In this document: piece after piece, positions 45,501 to 57,633 of the stretch | Layout of the letters: every line of letters begins with the position of its first letter | How positions within the stretch are numbered: the first letter of the stretch is position 1 | Source: Gammaproteobacteria bacterium | GTDB taxonomy: Bacteria > Pseudomonadota > Gammaproteobacteria > JBCCGL01 | Reading direction: 5' to 3' | Assembly: GCA_965277715.1 (NCBI GenBank) | Contig: OZ255836.1 | Location: forward strand, 352,001-416,000 | DNA: 64,000 nucleotides | Notes under the pieces: model-generated | Database searches by the model: none | What the model was told of the DNA's origin: nothing | Seen by the model: the letters and a program-made list of their open reading frames with translations, nothing else | Translations under genes and position numbers: made by a program

Positions 45501-46367
45501 GTGAGTACAATACTCCCTATCCCCACTGTGGTGGATAAGAACCGGTTTGATGAGGATGGTTTCTTAATTGTCGATAAACTGATCGACCCAGCTACACTGC
45601 CCATGCTTAAGGCGGCTTTTACCGATGTGTTTCAAGGGCATTTTGAAACCGGAGTAGTACCGGATGAAGTTAACTGGCAGGCGGGCAACAGTGATCCCAG
45701 TCTAACCCGGCAAATCTGTAATGGCTGGAAGGCAAACCGGGCAATCGCCCGTATTGTATTGGATAAAACACTGGGTGAAGCCATTGCCACATTGGCCGGG
45801 TGGCCCGGCGTCAGGGTTATGATCGATAATGTTATCTGGAAGCCCGCTGGTACACGTGCACTGGGGTATCACCAGGACAGTGCTTTTTTGGCCTGGTACA
45901 CACCTTCAGATCTTCTGACGTGCTGGATAGCCCTGGATGATACCCATGCAGACGGCGGCACCATTGAGTTTGTGCGTGGTTCGCACCGCTGGCCTTTATC
46001 TGAACCTGATGGGGTATTTCACGGGCCGGATGAGTACCGTTGGCCGATGTATAACGCTGCGGCAAAGCAGGGTATTACCCCGGATATTGCCTACGTTGAA
46101 GTAGCGGCGGGTGGTGGCTCTTTTCATCATGGCTGGACGTGGCATGGTTCTGGCCCTAATACCAGTACACAACCCCGGCGTTCGCTGGTATTGCATGCTA
46201 TGCGCAGTGATGTGGAGTATGTGCCAGGGAATTTTAATCAGGGTATTGGCCCCATTTATAGCCGTTATAAGCGATTGGCTGACAATGTGTTGGATGAGAA
46301 TTATTTTCCTGTGTTGTGGCGTGATGATGGGTACCGCACTGCGCAGATTGATGATTATCTGATGTAG
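45501..46367 (+). CDS. Phytanoyl-CoA dioxygenase (PhyH) family 2OG-Fe(II) enzyme
   Basis: WKP, HQD, WIALDD, GSH, HGSGPN and RR.L.LH. Confidence 0.9.
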   Translation: MSTILPIPTVVDKNRFDEDGFLIVDKLIDPATLPMLKAAFTDVFQGHFETGVVPDEVNWQAGNSDPSLTRQICNGWKANRAIARIVLDKTLGEAIATLAGWPGVRVMIDNVIWKPAGTRALGYHQDSAFLAWYTPSDLLTCWIALDDTHADGGTIEFVRGSHRWPLSEPDGVFHGPDEYRWPMYNAAAKQGITPDIAYVEVAAGGGSFHHGWTWHGSGPNTSTQPRRSLVLHAMRSDVEYVPGNFNQGIGPIYSRYKRLADNVLDENYFPVLWRDDGYRTAQIDDYLM

Positions 46368-46418
46368 CCTTTGTCCTTCCGACTGAATAGCCCGATGCGC
46401 TTTCCAGGTTCAAGCACT

Positions 46419-47375
46419 ATGACAATAAAGCCCTATACCTCTGAAGAGGTCGCTTACACCCCTCCGCTACCGATTCAACTGGCGCCTTTTTTACGCTGGC
46501 CGATCAGGCCCGGTGCTTTTTTGCGCTATCTGTTTGATGCCTGGACGCCCTTGGGCGAGCGCACGTTTATCCTGTTTTCAGCCGTGCTGACCTGGTATTT
46601 CACCTCACCGGCATTGGCGCGCACCCATACATTCGCGCTCGACTGGATTGCTCAAATCTGGGTGCGCAATATTGTCCTGGTCGCGGTTATTGTCGGGGGG
46701 CTGCACCTGTATTTCTACACCTTCAGAAAACAGGGGAATCACCTCAAATACGAACTGCGTGATCTGGCGCGCAACAGCCGTATTTTTCATTTTAACAACC
46801 AAGTGCTGGACAATATGTTCTGGACACTGGCGACAGCGCCGTTGCTTGCAACTTTTTACGAGGCGCTGTTGCTTTGGGCCTACGCAAACGGCATCGCGGC
46901 ACATATCGCATTCAGCGATAGCCCGGTATGGTTTATCGCGCTGCTGCTGCTCGTGCCCCATTGGCAGGGAATATATTTTTACTGGACTCACCGCACGCTG
47001 CACTGGCCACCCCTGTATAAATATATCCACTCGTGGCACCACAAGAACGTTAACACCGGCCCGTGGTCTGGCCTGGCGATGCACCCGGTCGAGCAGTTTG
47101 TGCTGATGGGTGATGCGTTGTTGTTTATGCTATTGGCCTCGCACCCGGTGCATGTGATTTACCAGGTTCAATCCCATCTGATTGGTGCGCCGACATCACA
47201 CACAGGTTTTGCTGGGTTGGCGATCACCGAAAAGCGCTCCTTTCGTTTGGGGGATTACTTTCACCACCTGCACCACCGCCATATTGATTGCAACTATGGC
47301 ACCACCGAAACGCCCTGGGATAAGTGGTTTGGTACTTTCCATGATGGGACAGTGGCACCGGCTACAAAGCAATGA
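46419..47375 (+). CDS. Sterol desaturase / fatty acid hydroxylase family protein
   Basis: His boxes HRTLH, HSWHH, HPVE and HHLHH; NYG..WDKWFGT. Confidence 0.9.
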   Translation: MTIKPYTSEEVAYTPPLPIQLAPFLRWPIRPGAFLRYLFDAWTPLGERTFILFSAVLTWYFTSPALARTHTFALDWIAQIWVRNIVLVAVIVGGLHLYFYTFRKQGNHLKYELRDLARNSRIFHFNNQVLDNMFWTLATAPLLATFYEALLLWAYANGIAAHIAFSDSPVWFIALLLLVPHWQGIYFYWTHRTLHWPPLYKYIHSWHHKNVNTGPWSGLAMHPVEQFVLMGDALLFMLLASHPVHVIYQVQSHLIGAPTSHTGFAGLAITEKRSFRLGDYFHHLHHRHIDCNYGTTETPWDKWFGTFHDGTVAPATKQ

Positions 47376-47422
47376 ATCGATGCTGAAATGGTTTAAAAGT
47401 GATTCAATTGGAAGGTACAAAA

Positions 47423-47887
47423 ATGTTTGGCATCGTTATTCTGGTTTTAGTGACTGTTTTGTACGCAGGGTACAATTTGTTCCTGAAAGTGTCGGGAGGG
47501 TATGTACCCGTTTCGGCTACAACAACAGTGCTGGCCACTATTGCACTGCAACTGGGTGCGCTTTTCACTTCGGTTATTTTTCTTAGCATTCTGGTTTTTC
47601 GTGGGGGGCATGTATTTTCTTTGTCGACGCCGTCTTATCTGTGGGCGGTTGTGGCGGGGCTTTGTATTGGTGGTGCAGAAATAGGTTATTTGTATTTGTT
47701 TGGGGGTATTGGGCTTGCCGAGCCGATGCCAGCGAGTGTGGTTATTCCGGTTGTTGTCAGTGGGACGGTTGTTATTTCGTTGGTGTTTTCTTATTGGGTG
47801 TTTAAGGAGGTGATTGGGTGGCATCAGGTGTTGGGGGCGGGGTTGGTTGTATTGGGGATATTTTTTCTGTTTATTCGTAGTAGGTAA
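47423..47887 (+). CDS. Small EamA/DMT-like membrane protein
   Basis: Five hydrophobic segments, LYAGYN.FLK and FKE.IGW.QVLG. Confidence 0.75.
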   Translation: MFGIVILVLVTVLYAGYNLFLKVSGGYVPVSATTTVLATIALQLGALFTSVIFLSILVFRGGHVFSLSTPSYLWAVVAGLCIGGAEIGYLYLFGGIGLAEPMPASVVIPVVVSGTVVISLVFSYWVFKEVIGWHQVLGAGLVVLGIFFLFIRSR

Positions 47888-48219
47888 TGTGGGGTTTTGT
47901 TTGCACTTTGTAGAGCGAGGCTACTGCTTCTCGATAACTGCTCCTGTTATTAAAAAAATTAATGCATTGACGAACCCCGGTGTTTATTTCGTGCACGTTC
48001 CTGGGGAAACTAAGACTGTGACACGTACAGTCGCAGTTCCTAAGGCAAAGAATCGAGCCTGCCCGTTGCGAGGGTGGTGGGTTGGAAATATCAACAAATC
48101 TGGGGGGATGGTAAAAATGCTAATTGACTGAATGACATAAATGTAGTGCCATAACGGCACAAAAAAATTTAACTCATTAGGTTTAATTTGAATTTTTAAG
48201 AATCAGTGTCAAAGATGGA

Positions 48220-48876
48220 TTAAGTGGCAAAAAGACTATCCAATATTGCAACGAAATCGGTTCTGCTGATAACAATAGCCCCCATATGCTGCAAATGTGC
48301 AGAGGGCAACTGGCAGTCGATCAACTGGTAGTTTTCCCGTTGTGCTAGATGTACCAGGGCAATTTTCGATGCATCGGGCACTGCACTGAACATCGATTCA
48401 CCAAAAAAAACGTTACCTATACAGACACCGTATAACCCCCCAACCAACTGCCCCCCATACCAGCACTCAATTGAACGCGCATGACCCTGCGCGTGAAGCT
48501 GGCAATAGGCATCTTGCATCTGTGCTGTAATCCAGGTGCCGGTACTCTCTGCACGCGGCTTTGCACAGGCGCCCATGACCGCTTCAAAGGCGGTATCCAC
48601 ACGCACCTCAATGGCGGTATGGCGCAGGGTTTTTTGTAAACTGCGGGAGAGGTGTATATCGTTGGGCCACAGAATGCAGCGCGGCTCCGGGCTCCACCAT
48701 AAAATCGGCTCGCCTTCGCTGTACCACGGAAAGATGCCGTGCTGATAAGCGTATAACAAACGGGCAACCGATAAATCGCCACCCGCCGCGAGTAAACCAT
48801 TGGGTGATAACAGCGCATCTCCAACCTCGGGAAATGCCTCGATGGGATCATCGGCAAACAACAATGGAACGGGCAT
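48220..48876 (-). CDS. aat: Leucyl/phenylalanyl-tRNA--protein transferase
   Basis: GLLAAGGDLS, GIFPW, WWSPEPR, FFGESMFS and IDCQ. Confidence 0.95.
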   Translation of the reverse strand: MPVPLLFADDPIEAFPEVGDALLSPNGLLAAGGDLSVARLLYAYQHGIFPWYSEGEPILWWSPEPRCILWPNDIHLSRSLQKTLRHTAIEVRVDTAFEAVMGACAKPRAESTGTWITAQMQDAYCQLHAQGHARSIECWYGGQLVGGLYGVCIGNVFFGESMFSAVPDASKIALVHLAQRENYQLIDCQLPSAHLQHMGAIVISRTDFVAILDSLFAT

Positions 48877-48885
48877 TAGCGATTG

Positions 48886-50031
48886 CTACCCAATATGTTC
48901 GCGATGGAAAGGAACGTACTGCATCAGGTGTTGACACTGTGCTTCCATCATCTCGGTTTCCTGTACCAGGTAGCGGCTAATCGCATCGCGAAACTGCGGG
49001 TCTGCTATCCAGTGTGCCGACCAGGTTTTTGTGGGAATAAATCCACGCCAGATTTTGTGCTCGCCTTGCGCCCCTGGCTCAAAGTGTTGAAGCCCGTTGT
49101 TGATGCAATAGTCGATGCCTTGGTAAAAGCAGGTCTCGAAGTGCAGGCTGTTGTAATCCTGATCGCACCCCCAGTAGCGGCCATACAGTGTGTCAGCACT
49201 GCGAAACATAATGGCACAGGCAATGGGGTGCTTATCGATGTGGGCGAATACCACCAGCATCGATTCGCCCATTGTGCGGGCTATTTCCTGAAAGAAGGTA
49301 CAGGTAAGCGAGGCCTCCCCCGATTTTTTATCAAATGTGGATGCGTAATAGTGGTGGGCGCGCACAATCTCTGCATCGCTCAACTGGTTTCCGTGTTGAA
49401 TGCTCAGCTCAATGCCCTGCTCGTGTGGGTGGCGTCGCTCGCGTTTGATTTGTTTGCGCTTCTTGGCGCGCAGCTGTTGAAGAAAATCGTCGAAGTGTGT
49501 GTAGTTATCGTTGTGCCAATGGTATTGGCACCCCAGACGTCGCAGCAGGCCATCTGATTCGAGCAGATCAGTTTCATGTGGCAGTGTAAATAACCAATGC
49601 AAACTGGAGAGGCCCTGGTCTTTGCAATACTCCTGTACTGTGTGGTGTAGGGCGCGGGCAGTCTCCAGATAATCCACCTCGCTGGAGATTAATAGGCGCG
49701 TGCCTGTCACCGGTGTATAGGGCGAGCTAACCACCATTTTGGGGTAATAGCGCAAACCGTGTTTGTGGTAGGCATCCGCCCAGGCCCAGTCGAACACAAA
49801 TTCACCGTAGGAATTGGTTTTTATATAGGCGGGGACAGCGGCGATGAGCTGCTGCTTATCGTCGTACAACACAAAGTAGCGCGGATACCACCCGTGGCGC
49901 TGGCCGAGGCAATCGTTGTTTTCCAGCGCAACGAGAAATTCGTAGCGCAAAAAAGGATTTCCCGCAGGGTTGAGTTTATTCCAGGCAACACAATCGATGC
50001 GTTGCAAGCTGTCGTGTACTTCTATTTCCAC
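48886..50031 (-). CDS. GNAT/FemAB-like protein (DUF482 type)
   Basis: SYGEFVFDWAWA, PYTPVTG, LYGRYWG, LHFETCFYQ and EPGAQGEHK. Confidence 0.88.
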   Translation of the reverse strand: MEIEVHDSLQRIDCVAWNKLNPAGNPFLRYEFLVALENNDCLGQRHGWYPRYFVLYDDKQQLIAAVPAYIKTNSYGEFVFDWAWADAYHKHGLRYYPKMVVSSPYTPVTGTRLLISSEVDYLETARALHHTVQEYCKDQGLSSLHWLFTLPHETDLLESDGLLRRLGCQYHWHNDNYTHFDDFLQQLRAKKRKQIKRERRHPHEQGIELSIQHGNQLSDAEIVRAHHYYASTFDKKSGEASLTCTFFQEIARTMGESMLVVFAHIDKHPIACAIMFRSADTLYGRYWGCDQDYNSLHFETCFYQGIDYCINNGLQHFEPGAQGEHKIWRGFIPTKTWSAHWIADPQFRDAISRYLVQETEMMEAQCQHLMQYVPFHREHIG

Positions 50032-50079
50032 TCGCGGTTTGTATCAGTAATAGGGCAGTTGACGGTCAATACATTATGT

Positions 50080-51165
<1,086 letters not shown>

Positions 51166-51199
51166 TTAGCTTTCCAGACCCACTCAGGCGGATAATCAT

Positions 51200-53521
51200 T
51201 TGGCACAGGCGAGTAAACCCAAGCCCGACATTTTGCAACCGGCGGTGACGCATATTGTGCGTGGTCTGCGTGAGGGGGCATCCATGCTATTGGCGGCACT
51301 GGCGGCCTATTTACTGATCTCCTTATTGAGCTTTGATGCGGGTGATCCCGGTTGGTCCAGCACCGGGCAGCACAGCAATACGGTCAACACGGGTGGCAAG
51401 CTGGGTGCATGGTTTGCCGATGTGGCTTTTTACCTGTTTGGCTATGTTGCGTATTTGGTTCCCGTATTGCTTGTCTACAGCGCCTGGGTGATGTTTCGCG
51501 AGCGAAACGCCCTGCAAACCCCGCTGTATTTTTTGTTGATCCGCTGGTCGAGTTTTATCGTGGTATTGGTTTCTGCCTGCGGTCTTATGGGGTTACATTT
51601 CGCGGTTGCTGAAGGCACGCTGCCAAACGGGTTACGAGCGGGCGGTGTCATCGGCACACTATTGGGTGACCGCCTGATGGTCGCAGTGGATACCCTGGGT
51701 ACCACCTTGTTGTTATTGTCCCTGCTGCTCGCCTCGATCACCTTGTTTACCGGTATTTCCTGGTTAACGGTGATGGATAAAACCGGCGAGTGGGTCTTAT
51801 GGATTGTCGATTGCTGTGTTGCGCGTGTTTACGCTATTGGCACAGCGTGGTCGCAGCGGCGTGACGCCAGTGCCTCGCGTAAAAAGCGCGAACTGGCTGT
51901 CAGGAAAGATCAGCTCGCCCGTGCCAAGCGCCCCCATGCACCGCGTATAGAACCGGTGCTTAAGCCCATCGAAATCAGTGCCCGCGCTGAAAAAGAACGC
52001 CAGATTCAACTGTTTGAATCGCTCCCCAATACAGATTTGCCGCCCATCTCTCTGCTCGATGAATTAAAACCCCAGCCGGGTGGATATACCAATGAATCCC
52101 TGGAGGCCATGTCGCGCCTGCTGGAATTAAAACTCAATGACTTTAGCGTGAGTGCTGAAGTAGTCGCGGTACACCCAGGGCCGGTTATTACCCGGTTTGA
52201 ACTGCAATTGGCACCCGGTGTTAAAGTCAGCCGCATTACGGGCCTGGCCAAGGATATTGCGCGCTCGATGTCGTTAATCAGCGTGCGCGTGGTCGAGGTC
52301 ATTGCCGGTAAATCGACAATAGGGTTGGAAATTCCCAATGAGCAACGGGAAATTGTGCAGTTGAGTGAAATCCTCCAATCCACCGCGTATGACAAATCTA
52401 CCTCACCTCTGACACTGGGTATGGGCAAGGATATCGGTGGCAAGCCGGTGGTTGCCGATCTGGCTAAAATGCCGCACTTATTAGTGGCTGGCACCACCGG
52501 TTCCGGTAAATCAGTTGCGGTTAACGCGATGCTGCTGGGCTTGCTCTACAAGGCGACACCGCAACAAGTGCGCATTATTTTAATCGACCCAAAAATGTTG
52601 GAATTAAATGTGTACGAAGGTATTCCGCATCTGCTCGCACCCGTGGTCACCGATATGAAAGAGGCGGCCAATGCCCTGCGCTGGTGTGTGGGGGAAATGG
52701 AGCGGCGTTATCGACTAATGGCCGCGCTTGGTGTGCGCAATATCACCGGCTATAACCGCAAGGTAAAGGATGCAATCAAAGCGGGCCAGCCGATAGTTGA
52801 CCCACTCTACAAACGCGAGGAGGCATTTGACCCTGAAGCTGAGCCGCCGATGCTCGAACACCTGCCCTATATCGTGGTGGTGGTGGACGAATTTGCCGAC
52901 ATGATGATGGTCGTGGGCAAAAAGGTCGAGGAGCTGATTACACGTATCGCCCAAAAAGCGCGTGCGGCGGGTATGCACTTGTTGCTGGCGACACAGCGCC
53001 CCTCGGTCGATGTGATCACCGGGTTAATCAAAGCCAATATTCCCACACGGGTAGCCTTTCAGGTTTCTTCCAGAATCGACTCGCGCACGATTCTTGATCA
53101 AATGGGGGCAGAGCAACTGCTGGGGCATGGTGACATGCTGTTTTTGCCGCCAGGCACCGCGCAACCCGAACGGGTGCATGGCGCATTTGTCGACGACCAC
53201 GAGGTGCACAATGTCGTGGATTTTTTAAAGCAGAGCGGCAGTGCCAATTACATTGAGGAAATTACCCGCGATTCGGTTGCTATTCCCGGCATGCCGTCTG
53301 AAGATGGTCAGGATCAGGAAATAGATGCACTCTACGACCAGGCGGTCGCTGTTGTGACCGAAACCCGCAAAGCCTCGATCTCTTATGTGCAGCGACGTTT
53401 AAAAATTGGCTATAACCGCGCAGCCAGAATGATTGAGGAAATGGAGTCCAGTGGGGTGGTTAGCCCAGTGCAGCCAAATGGCAACCGGGAAGTGCTGGCG
53501 CCGCCGCCGGTAGATGCTTGA
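51200..53521 (+). CDS. ftsK: DNA translocase FtsK
   Basis: N-terminal TM domain, [30 protein letters not shown] and a gamma domain. Confidence 0.97.
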   Translation: MAQASKPKPDILQPAVTHIVRGLREGASMLLAALAAYLLISLLSFDAGDPGWSSTGQHSNTVNTGGKLGAWFADVAFYLFGYVAYLVPVLLVYSAWVMFRERNALQTPLYFLLIRWSSFIVVLVSACGLMGLHFAVAEGTLPNGLRAGGVIGTLLGDRLMVAVDTLGTTLLLLSLLLASITLFTGISWLTVMDKTGEWVLWIVDCCVARVYAIGTAWSQRRDASASRKKRELAVRKDQLARAKRPHAPRIEPVLKPIEISARAEKERQIQLFESLPNTDLPPISLLDELKPQPGGYTNESLEAMSRLLELKLNDFSVSAEVVAVHPGPVITRFELQLAPGVKVSRITGLAKDIARSMSLISVRVVEVIAGKSTIGLEIPNEQREIVQLSEILQSTAYDKSTSPLTLGMGKDIGGKPVVADLAKMPHLLVAGTTGSGKSVAVNAMLLGLLYKATPQQVRIILIDPKMLELNVYEGIPHLLAPVVTDMKEAANALRWCVGEMERRYRLMAALGVRNITGYNRKVKDAIKAGQPIVDPLYKREEAFDPEAEPPMLEHLPYIVVVVDEFADMMMVVGKKVEELITRIAQKARAAGMHLLLATQRPSVDVITGLIKANIPTRVAFQVSSRIDSRTILDQMGAEQLLGHGDMLFLPPGTAQPERVHGAFVDDHEVHNVVDFLKQSGSANYIEEITRDSVAIPGMPSEDGQDQEIDALYDQAVAVVTETRKASISYVQRRLKIGYNRAARMIEEMESSGVVSPVQPNGNREVLAPPPVDA

Positions 53522-53562
53522 GCGATAAAACCTTTGCAATTACTTAATCGGATGAAAAACCA

Positions 53563-54195
53563 ATGCTGAATAAATACACTTTTATTGCGCTCGTATTCTC
53601 ACTGTTTATTGGCGTGTTCACGACGCCAGTCAGTGCTACCGGGTTGGAGCGCCTGCAAACATTTATCGGTCAACTGGAAACATTTCAGGCCGGGTTTGTA
53701 CAAACCCTCTACGACGAGGACTCGAAACCGGTAACAGAATCCAAAGGCGCGGTTATTTTAAAACGGCCTGGAAAGTTTCGCTGGGATTACCGTGAACCCG
53801 AAGTGCAGTCGATTATTGCCGATGGTGAAAAACTATGGATTTATGATGCCGATTTAGAGCAGGTCACCGTAAAAAAACTTGATCAGGCCCTTGGCAATGC
53901 GCCGATTATGTTACTCAGCAACAACCGGCCACTGGATAAGGACTTTGAACTGCTTGACCTCGGTGCACGCGAGGGTTTGGAATGGGTACAGTTACAGCCT
54001 AAAATCCGGGACACCGAATTTGAACAAATCTTCCTGGGGTTTAGCGAGGCCTCACTGCAAGTGATGGAGCTGCGCGACCAGTTTGGCCAGGCCACACAAA
54101 TCCGTTTCAACGATTTTGAAATGAACATACCAGCCGATGACCGTTTGTTTACGTTTACCCCGCCTGCCGGTGTCGATGTCGTCGGTGATATATAA
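53563..54195 (+). CDS. lolA: Outer-membrane lipoprotein chaperone LolA
   Basis: Signal peptide, KRPGKFRW, WIYD.DLEQVT and FTPP.GVDV. Confidence 0.94.
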   Translation: MLNKYTFIALVFSLFIGVFTTPVSATGLERLQTFIGQLETFQAGFVQTLYDEDSKPVTESKGAVILKRPGKFRWDYREPEVQSIIADGEKLWIYDADLEQVTVKKLDQALGNAPIMLLSNNRPLDKDFELLDLGAREGLEWVQLQPKIRDTEFEQIFLGFSEASLQVMELRDQFGQATQIRFNDFEMNIPADDRLFTFTPPAGVDVVGDI

Positions 54196-54226
54196 ATACT
54201 GCCGGTTAGCGTGAGTACACCATAGG

Positions 54227-55555
54227 GTGCCGGAACAACCTTCACTGTTGCACGGGAATAGCGCACCAGACTCTTTGCGCCCACTGGCTGATCGTATGCG
54301 ACCGACGACGCTGGATGCATTTTACGGCCAAACCCACCTGCTGGGTGAGGCCAGTACATTGCGCCAGGCACTGGAGCGTGATCGTCTGCACTCGATGGTG
54401 TTTTGGGGGCCACCGGGCACAGGTAAAACCACATTAGCCAGGATGATTGCCCACCATTGCGGTGCGCAGTTTATTTCGCTCTCTGCTGTATTATCGGGTG
54501 TTAAGGACATTCGCGCTGCGGTGGAAAAGGCGCGTGAAGCACGCGCTTACAATGGCGAACGCACGGTATTGTTTGTCGATGAGGTACACCGTTTCAACAA
54601 ATCACAGCAGGATGCCTTTCTGCCCCACGTTGAAGACGGTACGGTCTATTTCGTTGGCGCGACCACAGAAAATCCCTCGTTTGAATTAAACAACGCCTTG
54701 CTGTCGCGTGTGCGGGTGTACGTTTTGAAACGCTTGGAAACCGCTGATATTCGCAAAATTATTGATCGGGCGCTCTGTGATAGTGAGAGTGGAATCGGCG
54801 ATAGAGCTATTAACTGCGCGGCAGAAGTGCGTGACAAACTGGCACAGACGGCTGACGGCGACGCACGCCGTGCCTTGATGCTACTGGAAATTGCAGCGGA
54901 TATGACCGAATCCCCTGCGGTTATTGATGACACAATTTTACAGGCCGTTACCCGTGAGAGTTTTCGGCATTTTGATAAAGGCGGCGATATCTTCTACGAC
55001 CAGATCTCTGCGTTACACAAATCGGTACGCGGCAGCAATCCCGATGCTACGCTGTACTGGTTTTGCCGGATGCTCGATGGTGGTTGTGACCCGTTGTACA
55101 TAGCGCGCCGGGTATTGCGCATCGCCTCGGAGGATATAGGTAATGCCGACCCACGTGGTTTACAACTGGCGATGCAGGCCTGGCAGGTATTCGAGCGGCT
55201 CGGCAGCCCGGAGGGTGAATTGGCGATAGCACAGGCATTGGTTTATTTGGCGTGTGCGCCCAAGAGCAACGCCGTGTACACCGCCTACAAGGCGGCGCGC
55301 CAGGCCGTTGTGGAACACGGCAATGCCGAAGTGCCCGTGCACCTGCGCAATGCCCCCACCCGATTAATGGAAACGCTCGGGCACGGTAAAAACTACCGCT
55401 ATGCACATGATGAGAAAGAGGGGTTTGCCGCCGGAGAAACCTATTTTCCCGCATCGGTTGGTGAACAGGTGTTTTATCACCCGGTCGACCGGGGGTTGGA
55501 AATAAAAATTGCTGAGAAGCTTAACTACCTTCGCAATAAAAACGGTAAACCATAA
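54227..55555 (+). CDS. rarA: Replication-associated recombination protein A
   Basis: PLADRMRP, GPPGTGKT, DEVHRFNK, ATTENPSF and ASEDIGNADP. Confidence 0.96.
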   Translation: MPEQPSLLHGNSAPDSLRPLADRMRPTTLDAFYGQTHLLGEASTLRQALERDRLHSMVFWGPPGTGKTTLARMIAHHCGAQFISLSAVLSGVKDIRAAVEKAREARAYNGERTVLFVDEVHRFNKSQQDAFLPHVEDGTVYFVGATTENPSFELNNALLSRVRVYVLKRLETADIRKIIDRALCDSESGIGDRAINCAAEVRDKLAQTADGDARRALMLLEIAADMTESPAVIDDTILQAVTRESFRHFDKGGDIFYDQISALHKSVRGSNPDATLYWFCRMLDGGCDPLYIARRVLRIASEDIGNADPRGLQLAMQAWQVFERLGSPEGELAIAQALVYLACAPKSNAVYTAYKAARQAVVEHGNAEVPVHLRNAPTRLMETLGHGKNYRYAHDEKEGFAAGETYFPASVGEQVFYHPVDRGLEIKIAEKLNYLRNKNGKP

Positions 55556-55862
55556 TCGCGTACCACTTTTGTTTGTCGGTATCTAAACCTGACAATTAGT
55601 TATATCTTCCAGATTAAAGCTTTCCCAGTTTTTGCCGCTGCTAATCCGTATCTAATTACCACAGAAGATTGCGATGTATAACGAAAAGCAAGCGAAGCTG
55701 GAACCCTGGCGCCCCTATGAATTTGTGTTGTTATCCAGAGACTTGCGCAGTGTTCGCTATATCGAACAGGTAAAGCAGCTTCAGGATGGTGTCGCAATAA
55801 TTAATATTGAACTACGGCAAATGTTTGATAGTGAAAATTAATGCACTCGGTGAATATATTGA

Positions 55863-57047
55863 CTATTTTCTATGCTGATCAAGCGCCCAATCAATATGTT
55901 CATTGACCATAGGGGATTCGCAGCCCTTGCGTTTATTCAGCGCCTCGATTGCCATGGCACTGTCTGACGCATTGCCCAGCGCCACCGCGATATTCCTCAG
56001 CCAGCACTGGTAACCGATTCTACGAATTGGGCTGCCTTCAAAACGGCGCAAAAACATCGTTTCTGTCCAGGCGAATAGCGTTGTCAGTGCCGTGCAGTCG
56101 AGCGCGTGGCGCGGCTCGAAGTCGGCTTCGCCAGTGGTCGTTGCAAACCGGTTCCACGGGCAGACTAACTGACAGTCGTCACAACCATAAATACGGTTGC
56201 CCATCGCCTTTCTGAATGCGACCGGAATACTGCTACGCAGCTCAATTGTCAGGTATGAAATACACCGCCTTGCGTCCACCTGATAGGGGGCAACAATAGC
56301 CTGTGTTGGGCAGGCATCAATACAGGCGCTGCATTTTCCACAATGATTGTTAGCTTGCCCCGGATAGGTAGCCTTTGAAACAGGCGACGCTGAAACAGCG
56401 GGCGGTGCATCACACGGCAGGGGTAAATTGGTGTACAACTCAGCGAGAAAAAACCATGACCCGGCCTCGCGACTGAGTAAATTACTGTGCTTGCCAATCC
56501 ACCCCAATCCGGCTTTTTCTGCCAGTGCTTTCTCCAGTACCGGCGCGCTATCGACAAATACCCGGTAGCAGAAGTCGTTACCTTTATTGGGATTGTTTGC
56601 AGCGGTATCGATTTCAGCGGAAATATAATCGGCCAGTTTTTGTAGGCGTTTACGCAACAATTTGTGGTAGTCACGCCCCAGTGCGTAGCGGGATACATAG
56701 GCCAGGTTATTATCACTCAGCGTCGCCTCGGCACTGGCGACATGTGCGGGTAGGTAGTCCATCCGTGCACTGATTACCCGTAAGGTACCGGGCTCCAGTG
56801 CTTGCGGGCGGCTGCGGCGGGTGCCGTGGCGGGCCATATACCCCATTTCACCGTGGTAATCCCGCTTTAACCAGTTTAGGAAATGGGTTTCATGTGCGCC
56901 TAAATCGGTATCCGTAATGCCGATTTGTTGGAAGCCAAGTGCCTGTCCCTGCTGCTTTATTTTTTTTGCTAACAACGTATAGTCGATTGGCGTTACGCCA
57001 CCGCTTACCGTGGTATTACCGCTGAATGTGTTGTCTGTTTTGGGCAC
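55863..57047 (-). CDS. queG: Epoxyqueuosine reductase
   Basis: SRYALGRDYH, VDSAPVLE, CG.C.AC..ACPT and GCDDCQ..CPWN. Confidence 0.95.
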   Translation of the reverse strand: MPKTDNTFSGNTTVSGGVTPIDYTLLAKKIKQQGQALGFQQIGITDTDLGAHETHFLNWLKRDYHGEMGYMARHGTRRSRPQALEPGTLRVISARMDYLPAHVASAEATLSDNNLAYVSRYALGRDYHKLLRKRLQKLADYISAEIDTAANNPNKGNDFCYRVFVDSAPVLEKALAEKAGLGWIGKHSNLLSREAGSWFFLAELYTNLPLPCDAPPAVSASPVSKATYPGQANNHCGKCSACIDACPTQAIVAPYQVDARRCISYLTIELRSSIPVAFRKAMGNRIYGCDDCQLVCPWNRFATTTGEADFEPRHALDCTALTTLFAWTETMFLRRFEGSPIRRIGYQCWLRNIAVALGNASDSAMAIEALNKRKGCESPMVNEHIDWALDQHRK

Positions 57048-57134
57048 TGCTACTGTCTGATGCTAAAGTTCTAACATGAAGTTTACTCTTTAATGTGTTT
57101 TGATTTTGCCTAATTGATAAGAGGCTTACAGGTT

Positions 57135-57509
57135 ATGTATGAAGTGTTTGCTGTGGCTGCCGGTGGCGCTATTGGGGCAACTGCGCGGTTTGTTATTGTC
57201 AATGCGGTATACGCTACTTTTGGTAAAGGGTTTCCCTGGGGGGTGTTGTTGGTCAATACCCTGGGGTCGTTTTTATTGGGGTTTCTGGGGATGTTGTTTT
57301 TAGTGAGAGTGACGGTTGCCGATGAGTGGCGTGCAGGCATTCTGGTGGGGGTTTTAGGGGCGTTTACTACGTTTTCTACGTTCTCTTTGGATACGCTGTT
57401 GATGCTGGAACAGGGGGATGTGCTTAAAGCAGCGGGTAATGTTGTTTCTAATGTTGTTTTGTGTTTGGTTTTTGTTTGGGCTGGTGTTGTACTGGCAAGG
57501 CAGGTATAG
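57135..57509 (+). CDS. crcB: Fluoride channel Fluc/CrcB
   Basis: GGAIGA.ARF, PWG.L.VN..GSF and GAFTTFSTF. Confidence 0.94.
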   Translation: MYEVFAVAAGGAIGATARFVIVNAVYATFGKGFPWGVLLVNTLGSFLLGFLGMLFLVRVTVADEWRAGILVGVLGAFTTFSTFSLDTLLMLEQGDVLKAAGNVVSNVVLCLVFVWAGVVLARQV

Positions 57510-57633
57510 ACACAACAAATAATCGCTGTAACGGTGGGGCAGCGATCTTAAATTTGGCAGGAAGTTTTGCAGGCATTAGTAGCGCTGCTATGGTACAACC
57601 ATTAATCAGATGTTTGAGTAGGAGGTAGTTATC

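Noticed and set aside
47890-48200. ORF 47814-48131 or another gene in this gap
   Set aside because: It overlaps the EamA gene, has no RBS or recognisable motif, and contains a repeat fragment.
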